A program made the position numbers and the translations under genes. Of a stretch of 64,000 bases of DNA, positions 1 through 12,949 are shown piece by piece (the first letter of the stretch is position 1; each line of letters begins with the position of its first letter). Source of the DNA: Octopus bimaculoides (taxonomy: Eukaryota). The stretch is taken from contig NC_068982.1 in the NCBI RefSeq assembly GCF_001194135.2, positions 49,406,063-49,470,062 of the forward strand, written 5' to 3'. The notes under the pieces were generated by a model. That model searched no databases. It saw only the letters and a list, made by a program, of their open reading frames with translations, and was not told the DNA's origin.

Positions 1-99
1 ACACACACACACACACACACACACACTAACAGATAAACAGCCAAACCACGCACACACACACACATACATACGCACACACATTCTGTTATTACACACACG

Positions 100-395
100 C
101 ACGCAGATCCTCGCGCACGCACACATATTCACCTCCCTTTTTCACTCTCCTGTCTTAGAAAGAACTTTTCCTCCACCATTTCCTCTTCCGGTCCTTACAC
201 AATGTAACCTCGTGGACATCGGTGGTGATTTTTTCTTCCTCCGTTTTTCCCTTATTTGAACTTTCCTTGTTTCCGACGAAGAGCTCCGCTCGAAACGTCA
301 TACTCTCTCTCTTTCCTTTCCCGAGCGTCTAGTAACACTTCTGTATCACGTCCTCACGTTGTTCTTTTTTGTTATTGTTTTATGTCTTTTTCCTT
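100..395 (+). mobile_element. Penelope-like element 3' terminal (pseudo-LTR) fragment between (CA)n and (TA)n(TG)n microsatellites
   Basis: Contains CCGACGA...CGAAACGTC core. Its tail (CTTTCCCGAGCGTCTAGTAACACTTCTGTATCACGTCCTCACGTTG) matches 63435-63480. Confidence 0.6.
269..304 (+). ncRNA. Minimal type I hammerhead ribozyme-like motif (degenerate)
   Basis: GTTT-CCGACGA-A-GAGC(tcc)GCTC-GAAAC-GTC-ATAC: core boxes, 4-bp stem II, stem I with one mismatch, U4>C variant. Confidence 0.5.
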
Positions 396-405
396 TTTTT
401 GAACC

Positions 406-448
<43 letters not shown>

Positions 449-640
449 AAATGTTTATGTAGATGTATATAAATGTATATGTGTATATGTATATTTATGT
501 GTGTAAATAAGTGTGTGTGTGTTTGTATATATATATATATGTGTGTTTTAAATAGACATGACTGCTGGAACAATTTTCTTTTTTAAATTTCATAACACAA
601 TACAAAGTCCTCCTTATTAAGTTTTTATTTTTTCTTATTG

Positions 641-720
641 TGCTACTGATGAGTACTCTTTGACAACTCAGACTCTTAAAATGAATTTATTGTCTTTCTG
701 TATGAAACGATCATCTAGCA
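641..720 (+). ncRNA. Type I hammerhead ribozyme-like motif with long loop II
   Basis: TGCTA-CTGATGA-GTAC...GTAT-GAAAC-GATCATC-TAGCA: perfect 5-bp stem I, intact CUGAUGA and GAAA boxes, near-palindromic stem III. Confidence 0.65.
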
Positions 721-904
721 AACTGAATAAATATTTTTTTACCATATTAACATCTAATCTCCTCCATTCATAAAAAATATGATTGAATTTGTCGAACTTC
801 ATTCTATAACTTAAATCATATACTTAATAGACTTGTATATGTATACATGCATATGTATATATGTGTGTGTGTGTGTGTGTGTGTATGTATATATATATGT
901 ATAT

Positions 905-1150
905 ATATATATATTTGTGTGTGTGTGTGTGTGTGTCTGTTTGCCCCCGCCATCACCTGACAACCAATGCTAGTGTTTTTAAGTCCCCCATAACTTAGCA
1001 GTTCAATACAAGAGACTGATAGAATAAATACCAGGCCTTACAAAGAATAAAGAATAAGTCCTGGGGGCAATTTTTTTCAACTGAAACCCTTTAAGGTGGT
1101 GCTGAAGCATGGCTGCAGTCAAGTGACTGAAACGAGTAAAATTATAAAAG
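905..1150 (+). mobile_element. SINE-A 3' half
   Basis: (TG)n followed by GACAACCAATGCT...GATAGAATAAATACCAGG...GCATGGCTGCAGTCAAGTGACTGAAAC, matching the 3' half of 44291-44688. Confidence 0.85.
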
Positions 1151-1483
1151 AATCAATGCACAAAGATTTTTTTCTTACTACTCAATGCAAGGAATTCCTA
1201 AGCAGAATTTAAGGAAGTTAACAGATAAATCTGTAAGCAGTCATTTAACCTATTAGAAATAATTGCCAAATCTCACTCAGTTTCAAAAACTCTCCAATTT
1301 CAAAGAAGAGCCAGGACACATTGAATAATGTAACCCTAGATATTCAGTGACTGGAAAGAAAGGTAGCAATGATCAGCTGTTTCCAGCTGACTTATCTTTG
1401 ATTATAGATCCACTTGACCTGGGGTTAATTTAGGACTAATTTAAGGTTGAACAACATAACAACAGAGCTTGACTCTTTAGCAT

Positions 1484-1855
1484 TTAATCCATTAGCCTTT
1501 AAACCAGCCATATCCAGTCAAAACATTATACTTGTTTTATGCTAACACTGACAAGTTCCAGCCTTTTCAACCTACCCTACAACTTCATTCTGAAAAATAA
1601 ACAATCACATCATTGAAATCTTCAAGCTACAAGATAATGCATGATTAATTCAAAACAATATGAATAAATAAGCATTACATTTGACAGGATAATTTGGAAA
1701 CTATAGGGTTAAACCAGTCATATCTGACCAAAATATTCTGCATGTTTTATGTTCAAGCTGGTTGAATCTGGCCTCTCATGCCAACCCTATGTTATCATTC
1801 TAAAAATTAAGTTATCTCATCAAATTTCCAAAGTTACAAAATAATGTGAATGCTA
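1484..1855. mobile_element. TTAA-flanked (piggyBac-like) MITE family 1: one full copy (1484-1712) plus a tandem partial copy
   Basis: Degenerate TTAA(T/C)CC left end and AGGGTTAA right end; body is homologous to 24151-24518 and 47892-48118. Confidence 0.7.
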
Positions 1856-2704
1856 CATAATTAATATATATTTTAAAATTGATTTTGTAATAAGTTTGAA
1901 TTCTCCAAACATCTTGAAATGAATACAAATGTAGTAATTTTATTTTATGCAAAACTCATTGAAACAAAATAGATTGAACTGTTCTGTTTTAATTTATTTA
2001 TTCTTTTTTTCTCTTGTTAGCAACCAAAATAGAATTTAATGCTACAATTAACTTGCACAAGGAGTAAAGGAAATTCTTCAAATCAATAACTTCAAAGTTA
2101 ATATTAATAGAAGTATGGATTGTGAGCGATAGAAATGTATTTAGTGTGTTAATCAAAAATAGAGACTTGCTTCAATCAAGCCAAACCATTTGCAGCTCAT
2201 GAGAATTATTTAAACAGCTGATTTCTCAAGCACTGACAAAAGGAAATGCAATCCTGTTCAATATTTGCTTAAATCTACTTCAAATTTTGGAAACAAAAAT
2301 GGAAGCCTTATAAAATTTGTAACTTTTCTTGACTACTGTTCAAACATCATAAACAGCTGTTGACACAATCGGAAGAAATATGGTTTTGTTTGCATGCAAG
2401 AAACATATGTTTTTGAGAACTTGTCAGAGGATTTAGAATGAAATGTTAGTGCACTCTTCCCACCATAACACAAAATAGTTTAGTGTGTAACTAATTCAAG
2501 AGTTGAGTAATCAGTGCAAGATTGAAAAGAAATGGCTGTGACGTCAAGTTAATAAAATGAATAATTCATTTTTGAGATGGAGCAGACAGTTGATAAATGA
2601 GAAACTGTTACTAATTGTATAATAACATAAAGCAGTGTCTCTCATGAAGTGGAAAGAAGGGAAGCTTTGAGGATTATAAAGAAGGACAGGGGCAGAAAAA
2701 TTGT

Positions 2705-3450
2705 CATCTTTTATCTTTTATTTGTTTCAGTCAGTAGACTGTTGCCATGCTAGGGTATCTCCTTGAACAATTTTTGTTGAATGAATCGACCCCAGTATTT
2801 TTTGTTTTGCTTTTTTTTAAGCCTGGTATTTAGTCTATTGTAAAAGTGTGTGGTGTAGTAGTTAGGCTATTCAGCTCACGATTGTAAGGTTGAGAGTTCA
2901 ATTCCTGGCAATGCATTGTGTCTTCGAGCAAGACACTTTATGTCATGTTGCACCAGTCCACTCAGCTGGTGAAAATTAATAATACCTGTATATCAAAGGG
3001 CCAGCCTTGTCACACTCTATGATTTGCTGAATCTCCCTGAGAACTATGTTAAGGGTATATGTGTCTGTGGAACACTCAGCCCCTTGCATGTTAATTTCAC
3101 AAGCAGGTTGTTCTGTTGATCAGATAAACTGGAACCCTCATTAAATGGAGTGCCAGTAAGTTACATCCTGTATCAGTCTTTTTTGGTGAGCCACTAAGTT
3201 ACAGGGATGTAAACACAGCAACACCAGTTGTCAAGCAGTAGTGGGGGACAAGCACAGATGCTGAAACACATACACACATAGATATATACATATAGAATGG
3301 TCTTTTTTCAGTTTCTATCTACCAAATTCACTCACAAGGCTTTGGTTGGCCTGAGGTTAAGACACTCAACCAAAGTGTCATGCAATAAGATTGAGCCCAG
3401 AACCATGTAGTTGGGGAGCAAGCTTCTTACCATACAGTCGCACCTGTGCC
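2705..3450 (-). mobile_element. Full-length SINE-A (minus) interrupted by a SINE-B insertion
   Basis: 3' part at 2705-2840 continues at about 3165 and runs to the tRNA-like head at about 3450. Confidence 0.8.
2845..3160 (+). mobile_element. SINE-B (tRNA-derived head)
   Basis: A-box-like GGTGTAGTAGTT and B-box GAGTTCAATTCC; body CAAAGGGCCAGCCTTG...CCCTGAGAACTATGTTAAGGGTAT recurs at 5775-6035 and 58545-58858. Confidence 0.85.
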
Positions 3451-3715
3451 ATATTTAAACAAAATTAGATAGTTTTACACTTTTTAAACTTGTCAAATAC
3501 CATGATGAAAAGAGAATTATTATATGGATACAAACTATTTCATCATCTTATGAATAAATAGTTGGTGGGAGGGAGAGGTGTCAAAAATTTTTACTTATAA
3601 ATATAAGTGGAGGCAGACTTGGCAATAGACAGTTTGTGATGCACATGTACAGTGAACAACCAATAGCCATCGACTGGAACTGTGTCATCTCAATGTGTTT
3701 TTTTTTTCTTAAATA

Positions 3716-3941
3716 TTAACATTTTATTACCATATTTCCATTTAAATACACAGCCTTTGTTCCAACCGATTTTGAAAATAACAAGAAATTTAGTAAAATA
3801 ACTTCCTTATTAAGTTGGTAATTGGAACATAAATTAAAGTGAAATTTTGATGAGAGTTTTTAATTTAAATAACTTTAAAACAGAAAGCATGTGTCATAGA
3901 ACCAGGGGCATTATCAGATAGGTTGGTATCAAAAGGGTTAA
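3716..3941. mobile_element. TTAA-flanked MITE family 2
   Basis: Ends GTTGGTATCAAAAGGGTTAA; homologous to 7605-7833 and 58893-59119. Confidence 0.7.
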
Positions 3942-4368
3942 AAGGCAGAATATGTACACTGAGATGGTAGGCCTAATATGCCACATGTTTAATACTGTGA
4001 AAGAGGAAACCTGTATGGAATTAGCAACCAAATTTTTTCAAATTACACTCTACCATCTGAAGCAAAAAATAAAAAAAGAAAAAATCTGTAATATACTCCT
4101 AGGTCTCTGGGACAGAGGGAAAAGGCAACATGGTTACAGCTGGGATGATCCGTCAGCTCTGACCTAGAGCTAAACAACAAATAACTAACCAAGCAATTTG
4201 TCAACCTGTCAACTCTAGCAAACATTAGAACAAGATTCCCTTCTCACCCACGTTTTCCTTTGCAGATAGTGACCCTATGGATGTTGGAGCTGGCTAGGCA
4301 TCATCATTAAGCTTCATCAATCCCTTCAGTCTGGATGAGCCTGCAAAGGTCAACTGAAGTACAACATA

Positions 4369-5263
4369 CAAGGTGGTATCAAAAGGTTACCAGACTAGTC
4401 ATGTTCAATAAAAAATAGCTTATTTACCTAAGTTTTAACATCATTTCCTTCGCAATAGTCATCTTGTGCAGCAATATACTGGTTCCAGTATTCCTGCCAC
4501 TTTTGGAATCCAACCTGGAAGTCATTCCCGTAAGCAAGTTGATGACCTGCAATTCACTCTGTATCTCGACAACAGTGTTAAAATGGCTACCTTTGAGCTA
4601 CATTTTCACCTTTGGGAAGAGATGGAAATCCACAGGTGCTAAATCTAGTGAATAGGATGCAGAAGAGATACCATGTTGTTTTTGGTGAGAAACTCATAAG
4701 TGAGGAGAACTCAGTGGCAGGATGCATGCCGTTATGAAGAATCCAATTCTTCATGCTCCACAGATCTGGTCACTTTTGCTGCATGCCCTCCCTCAAATGT
4801 TTCAAAACATCACAGTAGAACCCTCGATTGATGGTCTGGCCCTGGGAAATAGATTCTCAATACACAATGCCATATTTCCAAGAGTGATGCTCATGATAGG
4901 TCTTCCAGATCACTCATCATCATTCAGGGATGTTCTTCCACTTTTGAATCTCCTGTGCCTCTCAAAACATTGCATATGACCATAAGCTTGCTGAAGTAGG
5001 CTCAATGTATCTGTAGCAAACTTCCCAAGTTTAATGCAAAATTTCACATTGGCTCTTTGTTCCTGTCCTTGACAAAAGCACAGACTACAGTATACACGTG
5101 ATCACAAAACACAAATTTCACAACTTGCAAAGTAAACTCAGTGATATCACTCAGCACACTGCCTCACGAAGGTTACTACTAGCTCTCACTGCACTCACAA
5201 CCGTATGCTGCAATCTGTTGGAGCACTAGAGAACTAGTCTGGGAACTTTTTGATACCACCTTG
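4369..5263 (-). mobile_element. Internally deleted, defective mariner element
   Basis: TIRs CAAGGTGGTATCAAAAAG(G)TT(A/C)CCAGACTAGT with TA on both sides. Minus strand gives EQRANVKFCIKLGK (N-terminus) and YSLDLAPVDFHLFPKVK (YSPDLAP motif), with stops and frameshifts. Confidence 0.9.
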
Positions 5264-5774
5264 TATATATCCTATATTATAAAAATTAACAGTTGACCAG
5301 TTTTTGTTATTATTCAGTGACAAAATTGTTACACTGAACATATAATTTTTGTTAGCATGCTAATGATTCTGTTTGCTCATCACTTTGACTGAACATGTCG
5401 TTATTAAATATTACATTATTTTAGGTGCATATTCGAATTTCTTGCATGCAGATTTATTTCTTTTATGCACTGACTTTGTTTATCATACCAAATGACACAC
5501 AAAACCTTTGAAATAAAGTTTAATAAGCTACAAATATGAACAAATATTGATTTCTTATATATTGGTGCAGGGCCATAAATTTACAAAATATAATAAATTA
5601 GATATACTTCAGTGTAATACTGATTGTACAGATTCTGAGAAGATGACTTGTGAGGTTAACTCTTACATGATTTTGACTAAACTGATAGAACACTGACTAA
5701 GCACATGAAAGAAATTACATCAATAAGTTGCTATTTCTTGCCATTCATCACCCTTGTACAAACAAATAAGAGAA

Positions 5775-6035
5775 AGTATATGACTTAATGCTAAGGATTT
5801 CAGCTCAAGATTGTCAGGTCATAAGTTCAATTCCTGGCAGCATGTTGTGCCTGTAATTCAAAGGGCCAGCCTTGACATATTAAGTGTGTCACACTAAGTT
5901 CCCTGAGAACTATGTTAAGGGTATGCATGCCTGTGGAGTGCTCAACCACTTGCATGTTAATTTCATGAGCAGGCTGTTTCATTGATTGAATCAAATGGAA
6001 GATTCATCGTTATAACCGACACAGAGCCTTGTCAC
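5775..6035 (+). mobile_element. SINE-B
   Basis: Homology to 2845-3160. Confidence 0.8.
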
Positions 6036-6044
6036 AGACAAATA

Positions 6045-6300
6045 TTAAGGAATCATTATTATCAACCTTATCATCATTATTTAATGTCTGCCTTTTATGT
6101 TGGCATGGGTTGGATGGCTTGACAGGAGCCGACCAGGTAAGAGCCTGCATCAGACTTCTGTGTCTGTTTTGACAGGGTTTGTATGACTGGATGCCCTCCC
6201 TAACGCCAACCACCCGGCAGAGTGGTTTTACAGCTGGATGCCCTTCCAAATGCCAAACACTTTACAGTGTGGACTGGATGCTTTTTACATGGCATAAGCA
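6045..6300 (-). mobile_element. RTE LINE 3' UTR/tail
   Basis: (CAT)n-like tail then TTTAATGTCTGCCTTTTATGTTGGCATGGGTTGGATGG...CTGGATGCCCTTCC; same family as 16060 and 53390-53740. Confidence 0.8.
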
Positions 6301-6365
6301 CAAAGACCAATATTTCTCAGTTATATTTATATACGTTTTTTTATGATAACACGAAAGTCTCTATT

Positions 6366-6436
6366 GTCATTTAGCTCAGTGGTAGCGTGCTCAGCTGGAA
6401 TTCAAGCAGTACAGAGTTCAATTCTCTGTAGCAGCT
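6366..6436 (+). pseudogene. Solitary tRNA-like sequence (degenerate tRNA or SINE head)
   Basis: TAGCTCAGTGGTAG A-box and a perfect T-arm CAGAG-TTCAATT-CTCTG; acceptor and anticodon stems do not close. Confidence 0.45.
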
Positions 6437-7604
6437 GCAGGCCCCTTTTTTCCTTTTAGGTGAAGTAGGGTACTTTACTTAGGTTTCTAAAGCTGTTTTC
6501 ACAGTTATTCTCATGCATTTAAGATATTATTAATTTCTAAAAATACATTTTTTTCATAGAATGTAGGTCTGCAGGCATAGCTATGTTGATTCTGTGTTCA
6601 CTGGAGAGTTTCTTTTGTAGCCCTTGAGCTGACCAATGCCTTGTGAATAGAATTAATAGATAAAATCCATATGGACATCTGTTGTGTGTGGGGGGGAAGT
6701 TTGTCATTGCTAACAAATTATCCTATGGCAGTATGTGGTTGAAAGTAGAATTTAAAAAGTCTCATACAGTTTATGACAGGTAAGGATTAACAACAGAAAG
6801 GTTAGCCCTTAAAATAATGCCTCACAAACAAATATTTGTTCAGACCATGGGTAAACTGATATAAAAGAAATGTACAAATATGCTTACAAATATTTAATAA
6901 TCATTTATTATTCTAGAGGCCTACCAATTATTACTAACTCTGGAATAAGATATTAAATTCAGTGAATCAGTTAAGGTTATGCTAATATAATAGTATAGAT
7001 TCAGTTATAGGTTAGAAACCAGAAACATCATAGAAAATATAAAACAGATATTGGAGGAAAGATAAAAGAAAATTCTGTGATGTTGATTTCATAATACGAA
7101 TTTCACTGTATAAGTCATTTCCTTGCTTGCACAAGGGAAATCTATAGGAAATAACCTGTGTGGTTTTAAAGATCAGCTGAATGTCTCAGAAGCACAATAT
7201 TACATATAGGTAACAGGGGGATAGTTCCATTTGTCTCAAATGGATGCTTTGCAATATTCATAATAATAATTATATATATAAAGAATAAGTATTATTCTGA
7301 CATTTTGACATTTATAATTTTAGAATAAATTGCATGAACAATGAATTATATAAACATATATTCCAAGAATTACAGATGATAGATTTTAGATTAAAATTCT
7401 AGTTTATGACCTAAGCAAACTTCAGATTATTATTAATGAAATACCATGAATTTGAGATTATGAAAGTTAAATTAAGGTTAGCCTATCTGTAATGCATATA
7501 TCGTCTTGTAATATTTATTTAGTTATGTTGTTCATATGACTCATTCTCTTTCTTGGCTCCAAGGCTTTATTAGAAGTAAAAGACAACTTAAAGTTCTATA
7601 CACA

Positions 7605-7833
7605 TAAACCCTTTTGTTACCGTATTTATTTGAGATGCTCTGTGTTTCTTCCAATTAATTTTAAATATAATAAAGAATTTAGTAAAATAACTTAGTTATC
7701 AGTAAGCTAGTGTTAGGAACATAAATTGTGACTAAGGTTTGGTGGAAGATTTTAATTCAAAACTTATGAAAACATGACATTTGTATTACAGAGCCAGAGG
7801 TGGTTTCAGTCGGGTTGGCATCGAAAGGGTTAA
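7605..7833. mobile_element. TTAA-flanked MITE family 2
   Basis: (T)AAACCCTTTTGTTACC...GGCATCGAAAGGGTTAA termini; homologous to 58893-59119. Confidence 0.8.
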
Positions 7834-8729
7834 GTATTCAATTCTAAGCGTTTAGAAAACATTTCTGTAAAAACTTATTAATATCCAGAACAGGGGTATT
7901 TTTAGATTACTAAAATAATCTCTAGAATGCAAAAATTATTGCTAGACTACTGAGCTCATCGAACTGCTGGCTAAAGTATAATTTTGGATATTTCATAAGC
8001 TGTTTCTTCATTGTCTCTAGCAAAGTCTCATTTTATTAAACCCATTGAAATTAAATAAAGCTTTTTACTTTATCAAACTAAATTCATAATAACCAATCAT
8101 CTCTGAAGATTTACTCTCTCACTACAGATATGAGCAAAAGGTTAATACTATTATGTAGCATGAACTATACTTATCTCAGTCATCCACTCGGAATCAATAA
8201 GATAGCCTACAAGATAAATTCTGAAAATTGATCAAAGAAATCTGAATGTCCTCTTACATCAATTAGAGGTCAAAGAAAGAGAAAACTACACTCATCACTG
8301 GTCAACAGCTGTTGTTAGCTAATTAGAGAAACAGTTTTATATAGTTTATCATCTTCAACATAAGAAAAGGGAAAAGCTGCCTTTAACCTTAAAGCATTTG
8401 TGCAGATATCTCTGTAGTATTTTTGTGAGGAATTGTTGTAATAATAAAGCTAAAACATTTAACTTTGGTATCATCTCTGAAATAGGAGCAGGATTGATAT
8501 GTGACAGCCAAAAGATTTCAACTTCCTGTTCTATAACTCAGATTCTAATTAATCTCATTACTCCTTTAACAGCATAGTTAAATTTCACAATCATTCCTGT
8601 AATAATGTTAATTATCCACCATAAAATAGAATTGGTATTTTCTGCTTTGGCAATACTTTTTCAGTATCTCCTTTAGATACAGTTTTCATACCCACTACTA
8701 AAAGTATTTGATCCTTGCTCTGTAAAAAG

Positions 8730-9000
8730 ATCATCATCATCATTATTATCATCATTTAGCGTCTGTTTTCCATGCTGGTATGGGTTGGACGGTTTGACTG
8801 AAACCTGCTAAGCTGGGGAGCTGCACCAGGTTCCAATCTGATTTGGCATGGCTTCTACAGTTGGATGCCCTTCGTAAAGCCAAGCACTCCCAGAGTGTAT
8901 TGGATGCTTTTTATGTGCCACTTATAAAACACCGACATCAGCCATGACTGCGAACTCACTTGGCCTGACAGTTCTTCTCAAGCATGGAATATTGCTTTTG
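8730..9000 (-). mobile_element. RTE LINE 3' UTR/tail
   Basis: (CAT)n then TTTAGCGTCTGTTTTCCATGCTGGTATGGGTTGGACGG. Confidence 0.85.
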
Positions 9001-9406
9001 ATAAATATGTGAAGAAAATTAAATCTAAAAAATTGGCTTTTGTAAAATGTATCATTGATGGTTTCTCTGTGGGTTTTTTGTTTCTTTTTCCAAAGCTGTT
9101 GGGTGAAATTGCTTTCCACAGTTAATGGTAATAACATTTTAAGCAGCTATATCTGCCTCCTGCTTTCAAAAGGTTATGATCATTTATCAATTCAGGATTG
9201 ATAAACAGATAATTTTATCATTGAATAGTGAATTGGTTTGACAGAATTTTATTGATTCATTGCAGAATTGTTTCAAACATATTGGTGTTATAAACTAGAG
9301 ACATAGAGTTTATATACAATATACATATATGGTGCTGAGAATAAAGTGCACAGAATTTATTTTCATTCCTTATTCGTAGCTAACTAACAAAAAAAAAAAA
9401 AAATAC

Positions 9407-9890
9407 ATGGGAGTGGCTGTGTGGTAAGTAGCTTGCTTACCAACCACATAGTTCTGGGTTCAGTCCCACTGCGTGGCACCTTGGGCAAGTGTCTTCCACT
9501 ATAGCCTCGGGCCGACCAAAGCCTTGTGAGTGGATTTGGTAAACGGAAACTGAAAGAAGCCCGTCGTATATATGTATATTTATATGTATATGTATGTGTG
9601 TGTATATGTTTGTGTGNNNNNNNNNNNNNNNNNNNNNNNNNNNNNNNNNNNNNNNNNNNNNNNNNNNNNNNNNNNNNNNNNNNNNNNNNNNNNNNNNNNN
9701 NNNNNNNNNNNNNACCAATGTTGGTGTGTTTACGTCCCCGTAACTTAGCAGTTCGGCAAAAAGAGACCGATAGAATAAGTACTAGGCTTCCAAAGAATAA
9801 GTCCTGGGGTCGATTTGCTCGACTATAGGCAGTGCTCCAGCATGGCCGCAGTCAAATGACTGAAACAAATAAAAGAAAAGAGTAAAGAGT
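9407..9890 (+). mobile_element. Full-length SINE-A with internal microsatellite and gap
   Basis: Head GGAGTGGCTGTGTGGTAAG...GGGTTCAGTCCC, core-like CACCTTGGGCAAGTG, 3' end GACTGAAAC-(AAAAGAG)n. Confidence 0.9.
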
Positions 9891-10879
9891 ATAAATTTTA
9901 GAGAACTACTATTAAACAAGTGTTTAGTGTAAATTTTTTATTACCTGACTGATCCCTTCAGCATTAGAAAGGGCATTAAAGCAAGGTTTAATTTGTTCAA
10001 GGAATTAGTTAAATTTGAGTAATTCAATGTAGAGAATTAATCTGGAAGACTAAATGAATATCAATTACAAATTGAGCAAAGCATGCTTTTCTGTTAGTCT
10101 CTTAGCTCTCACCAAACTATCTATTTAATTTTAACAATTTGTTTAAATTCCTTATTCAACATTTTCCCTGTACAAATATATAAACTTAAAATTTAACTAA
10201 AATAATCTCTATGGCCATCATTATCATTGTTATCTTTCACCTACTCTACATCTCAAAGCATTAATCATAAGAGCTTTTAGCTTTGTCTCCATTACTTCTA
10301 CCTACTTCTCCCATGTGGATATGAATGCTACAAATTTCTCTGTGCTATCCAGAGAAGTTCATGTAAGTTAGTTTGTAATTAGAATAATTAGAAATATAGT
10401 GTACTGTGTGAAACTGTGTGCATTGCTGAAATGTTTGCTGTATATGTTAGAATGTAAGCATGTAATCTTCAAGACTATGACATTAGAGGAAAGAGAAGTA
10501 GTACTTTGAGACTGATCTGAGAAAAGCAAGAAGAAACTACATCTCTTGGTTTCTACTAATCGCTGCTTTAATTGCTGCAGGCAACCCAGCAAGAAGTAGG
10601 CCATCCAATAAATAAGACATTTTCATGTGACATTACTAATGAGGGCAGACCCCTATCATATGTAAAGATAAGTTCTGCTGGAGAACTACCACTAGTTCTT
10701 CTTGACTCTCTAACAAACTATGCAGTGAGCTAATAAGCTCATTAAATGTGCTAGAAATATCAGCCAAATCTCTTTTAAATTAAATATTGTCATCTTAAAA
10801 AGTGAATGGAGACACATTGTTATGCTTGAAAAGTAATTATGATCATATGTCATACAGAGCTTTAGTTTTTTTTATTTAG

Positions 10880-11060
10880 TGCTCATCTTTTTCAATTTGT
10901 ATGGCTGTATACTCTGCCATATTTGCTCACAATTTGGAATTTCTGCTAGATACATGACACTACATCTTCAGTTAGTTATTCACTCATGTAAAAAGTTGTT
11001 TTGAGGTAGATGGCATTCAACTTTTCGCCTCCTCATCATTAACATCTGCATTGCCTAATC
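10880..11060 (-). mobile_element. Possible very old mariner transposase fragment
   Basis: Minus strand reads NADVNDEEAKS*MPSTS, resembling the D..DE.RSGRPSTS motif; no TIRs found. Confidence 0.25.
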
Positions 11061-12949
11061 TTGATAATTAAAACTACCATTTTTTTTTCTTTAATCACAT
11101 TCTAATTCTTATTGCTATCGTTAGTAATGCTGTAATTTTCAACTTTACACAAACCATTCATTAACCAACCTCATTAGCTTAGCTGCAATACCTCAGGAAC
11201 AGAAACAACCAAACCATTATAACTCATTATCCCTAAAATTACATAATTGCTATAACTGCCATACCCCCAATATAACCACTAAGATCACAACCAACAATAA
11301 AGGCCTTTAATTAATACAAAAATTCAGCAGCAGCAATAAGGTTCAGTTCCCCAATCAACCAGAGAGAAAAAATCTGTCAAAGGTTAAGGTTTCTAAATGA
11401 AGATTTTTAAATAACATGATTGCAATGGTGTGAAATGTTTTCCCAAAAGGGTACATTATTATTCCTCACTGATAACCTTCAAGATCAATTTCTTGAACCA
11501 ATATGTCAGTAATGATACTATAATATAATCTTTCTATTCTCTCAAAATATTAATTAACAAGAAACTACCAATGCATGAAGAATGTGATGTAAATGGTTTG
11601 CAACACTAAAAATTATGCATCAGCTAAAATTGATTTCGCTTGTGTGCCTGGTAAGAATCCATAGGAATTTCAATGCTGTGGTTAATGATAATCACTCCTT
11701 AGGGAAGTGTTTTCCATAGTCAAACATATCAGAATTTTTTAATTGTAATTTTATGCTCCAGTTTCTCTAACATCAATTATGGCTGTGAAGTTTATTGCAA
11801 GGAACAATTAGGAATATAACTGCAGAAAAAATACTGATAAAATCCAGTCAACTGTAAAAATAGAGCTTAAGCATTAACGCACATAATGTTAAGATATACT
11901 GTGATGACAAAAACTATAGCTCATGTATAAATTTTTTTTATTTGAAAATTATATAGATTTAAATTTATTATTTTTTTGAAATTCATTTCAAGTGAAATTT
12001 AATTTTTAATAAAAAAATCAACATACTGTACAATAATTAACTTCTATTTTTCGATTGGTGATGATGAAAAAAAAAATGGATTATACTATTAGCAACATCC
12101 TATGAAGCTAACAGGCCTTGAATTCAGCCTTACAAGCTAATTAAACAGTCATCACTTTCAAAATGCTGCTAGTATTTACTATGGAGTGCCATGCTGCTCT
12201 TGCAATTAGGTTCTCATGGTAATCCTATTTGCTTTAGCAAAAGTGTGATAAAACTCACGTTATAAAAGTAATGGTTCATTTTCAATAAAGCATTTAGGCA
12301 ATAATCTTAGTAAAGATTAATGTTCTGGATTCCATTACACATTCTAATCATATGGTTATTTCAAGGCATTTAGGGACCATTTTGTGGTTACTTGTCTTAC
12401 TAGAAATAAACTCCTTCTTCTTTAAAACTCATGCTTCTTTCTCGCTTAAAAAAAAATTTCTAGCTTAGAAAATGTAACTTGGTAAAAGAAGGAAAAAGAA
12501 AGGATCTTTATGGCAGGAATGCCTTTAATTATAGGTCAAAGGTTACTTGAGGCTAAACAGTAACAACTTTATCATTATTTATTTTACTGAATATCTCTAG
12601 AAAAGATATTTGTACTCTGGGGAAGAGAGAAATTAGTATGTGTAATTTTAATGGTGGGTGACTAATACTAATGATTATGAAAGAATACTGCCTAGAGGAG
12701 TCTTATTCCTACAAAATGTAAGCAGAGTTGAAGTATCTTTTTTGTTTCTTGTAATAATTACATCTGAATGGAACAGAAAATTCTAGTAGCTATTCAGATG
12801 AATCTCAGTGGATTCTATACATGTAAGAACTTGCCTGTTTGTCTTGACACAATGTGACCATTTCTTAACAAATCTTCAAAACTTGCATGGATATCCAAAA
12901 CCACTCCAGGATAAAAGTGTCTGATATCTGCACAAGACCAGTAGTTATA

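Noticed and set aside
2020-2450. Acceptor at 2019 followed by a semi-open frame (TKIEFNATINLHKE*...)
   Set aside because: Multiple stops and no recognisable protein family.
8480-8720. Minus-strand acceptor TCTTTTTACAG with coding-like downstream sequence
   Set aside because: All three frames stop within about 110 nt and the pyrimidine tract abuts an RTE tail.
11593-11650. Peptide VCNTKNYASAKIDFACVPG before a GTAAGA donor, with the same C-x11-F-x-C-x2-G spacing as the 22225 candidate
   Set aside because: No usable acceptor at the matching position and an in-frame TAA just upstream; probably coincidence, though worth a junction-read check.
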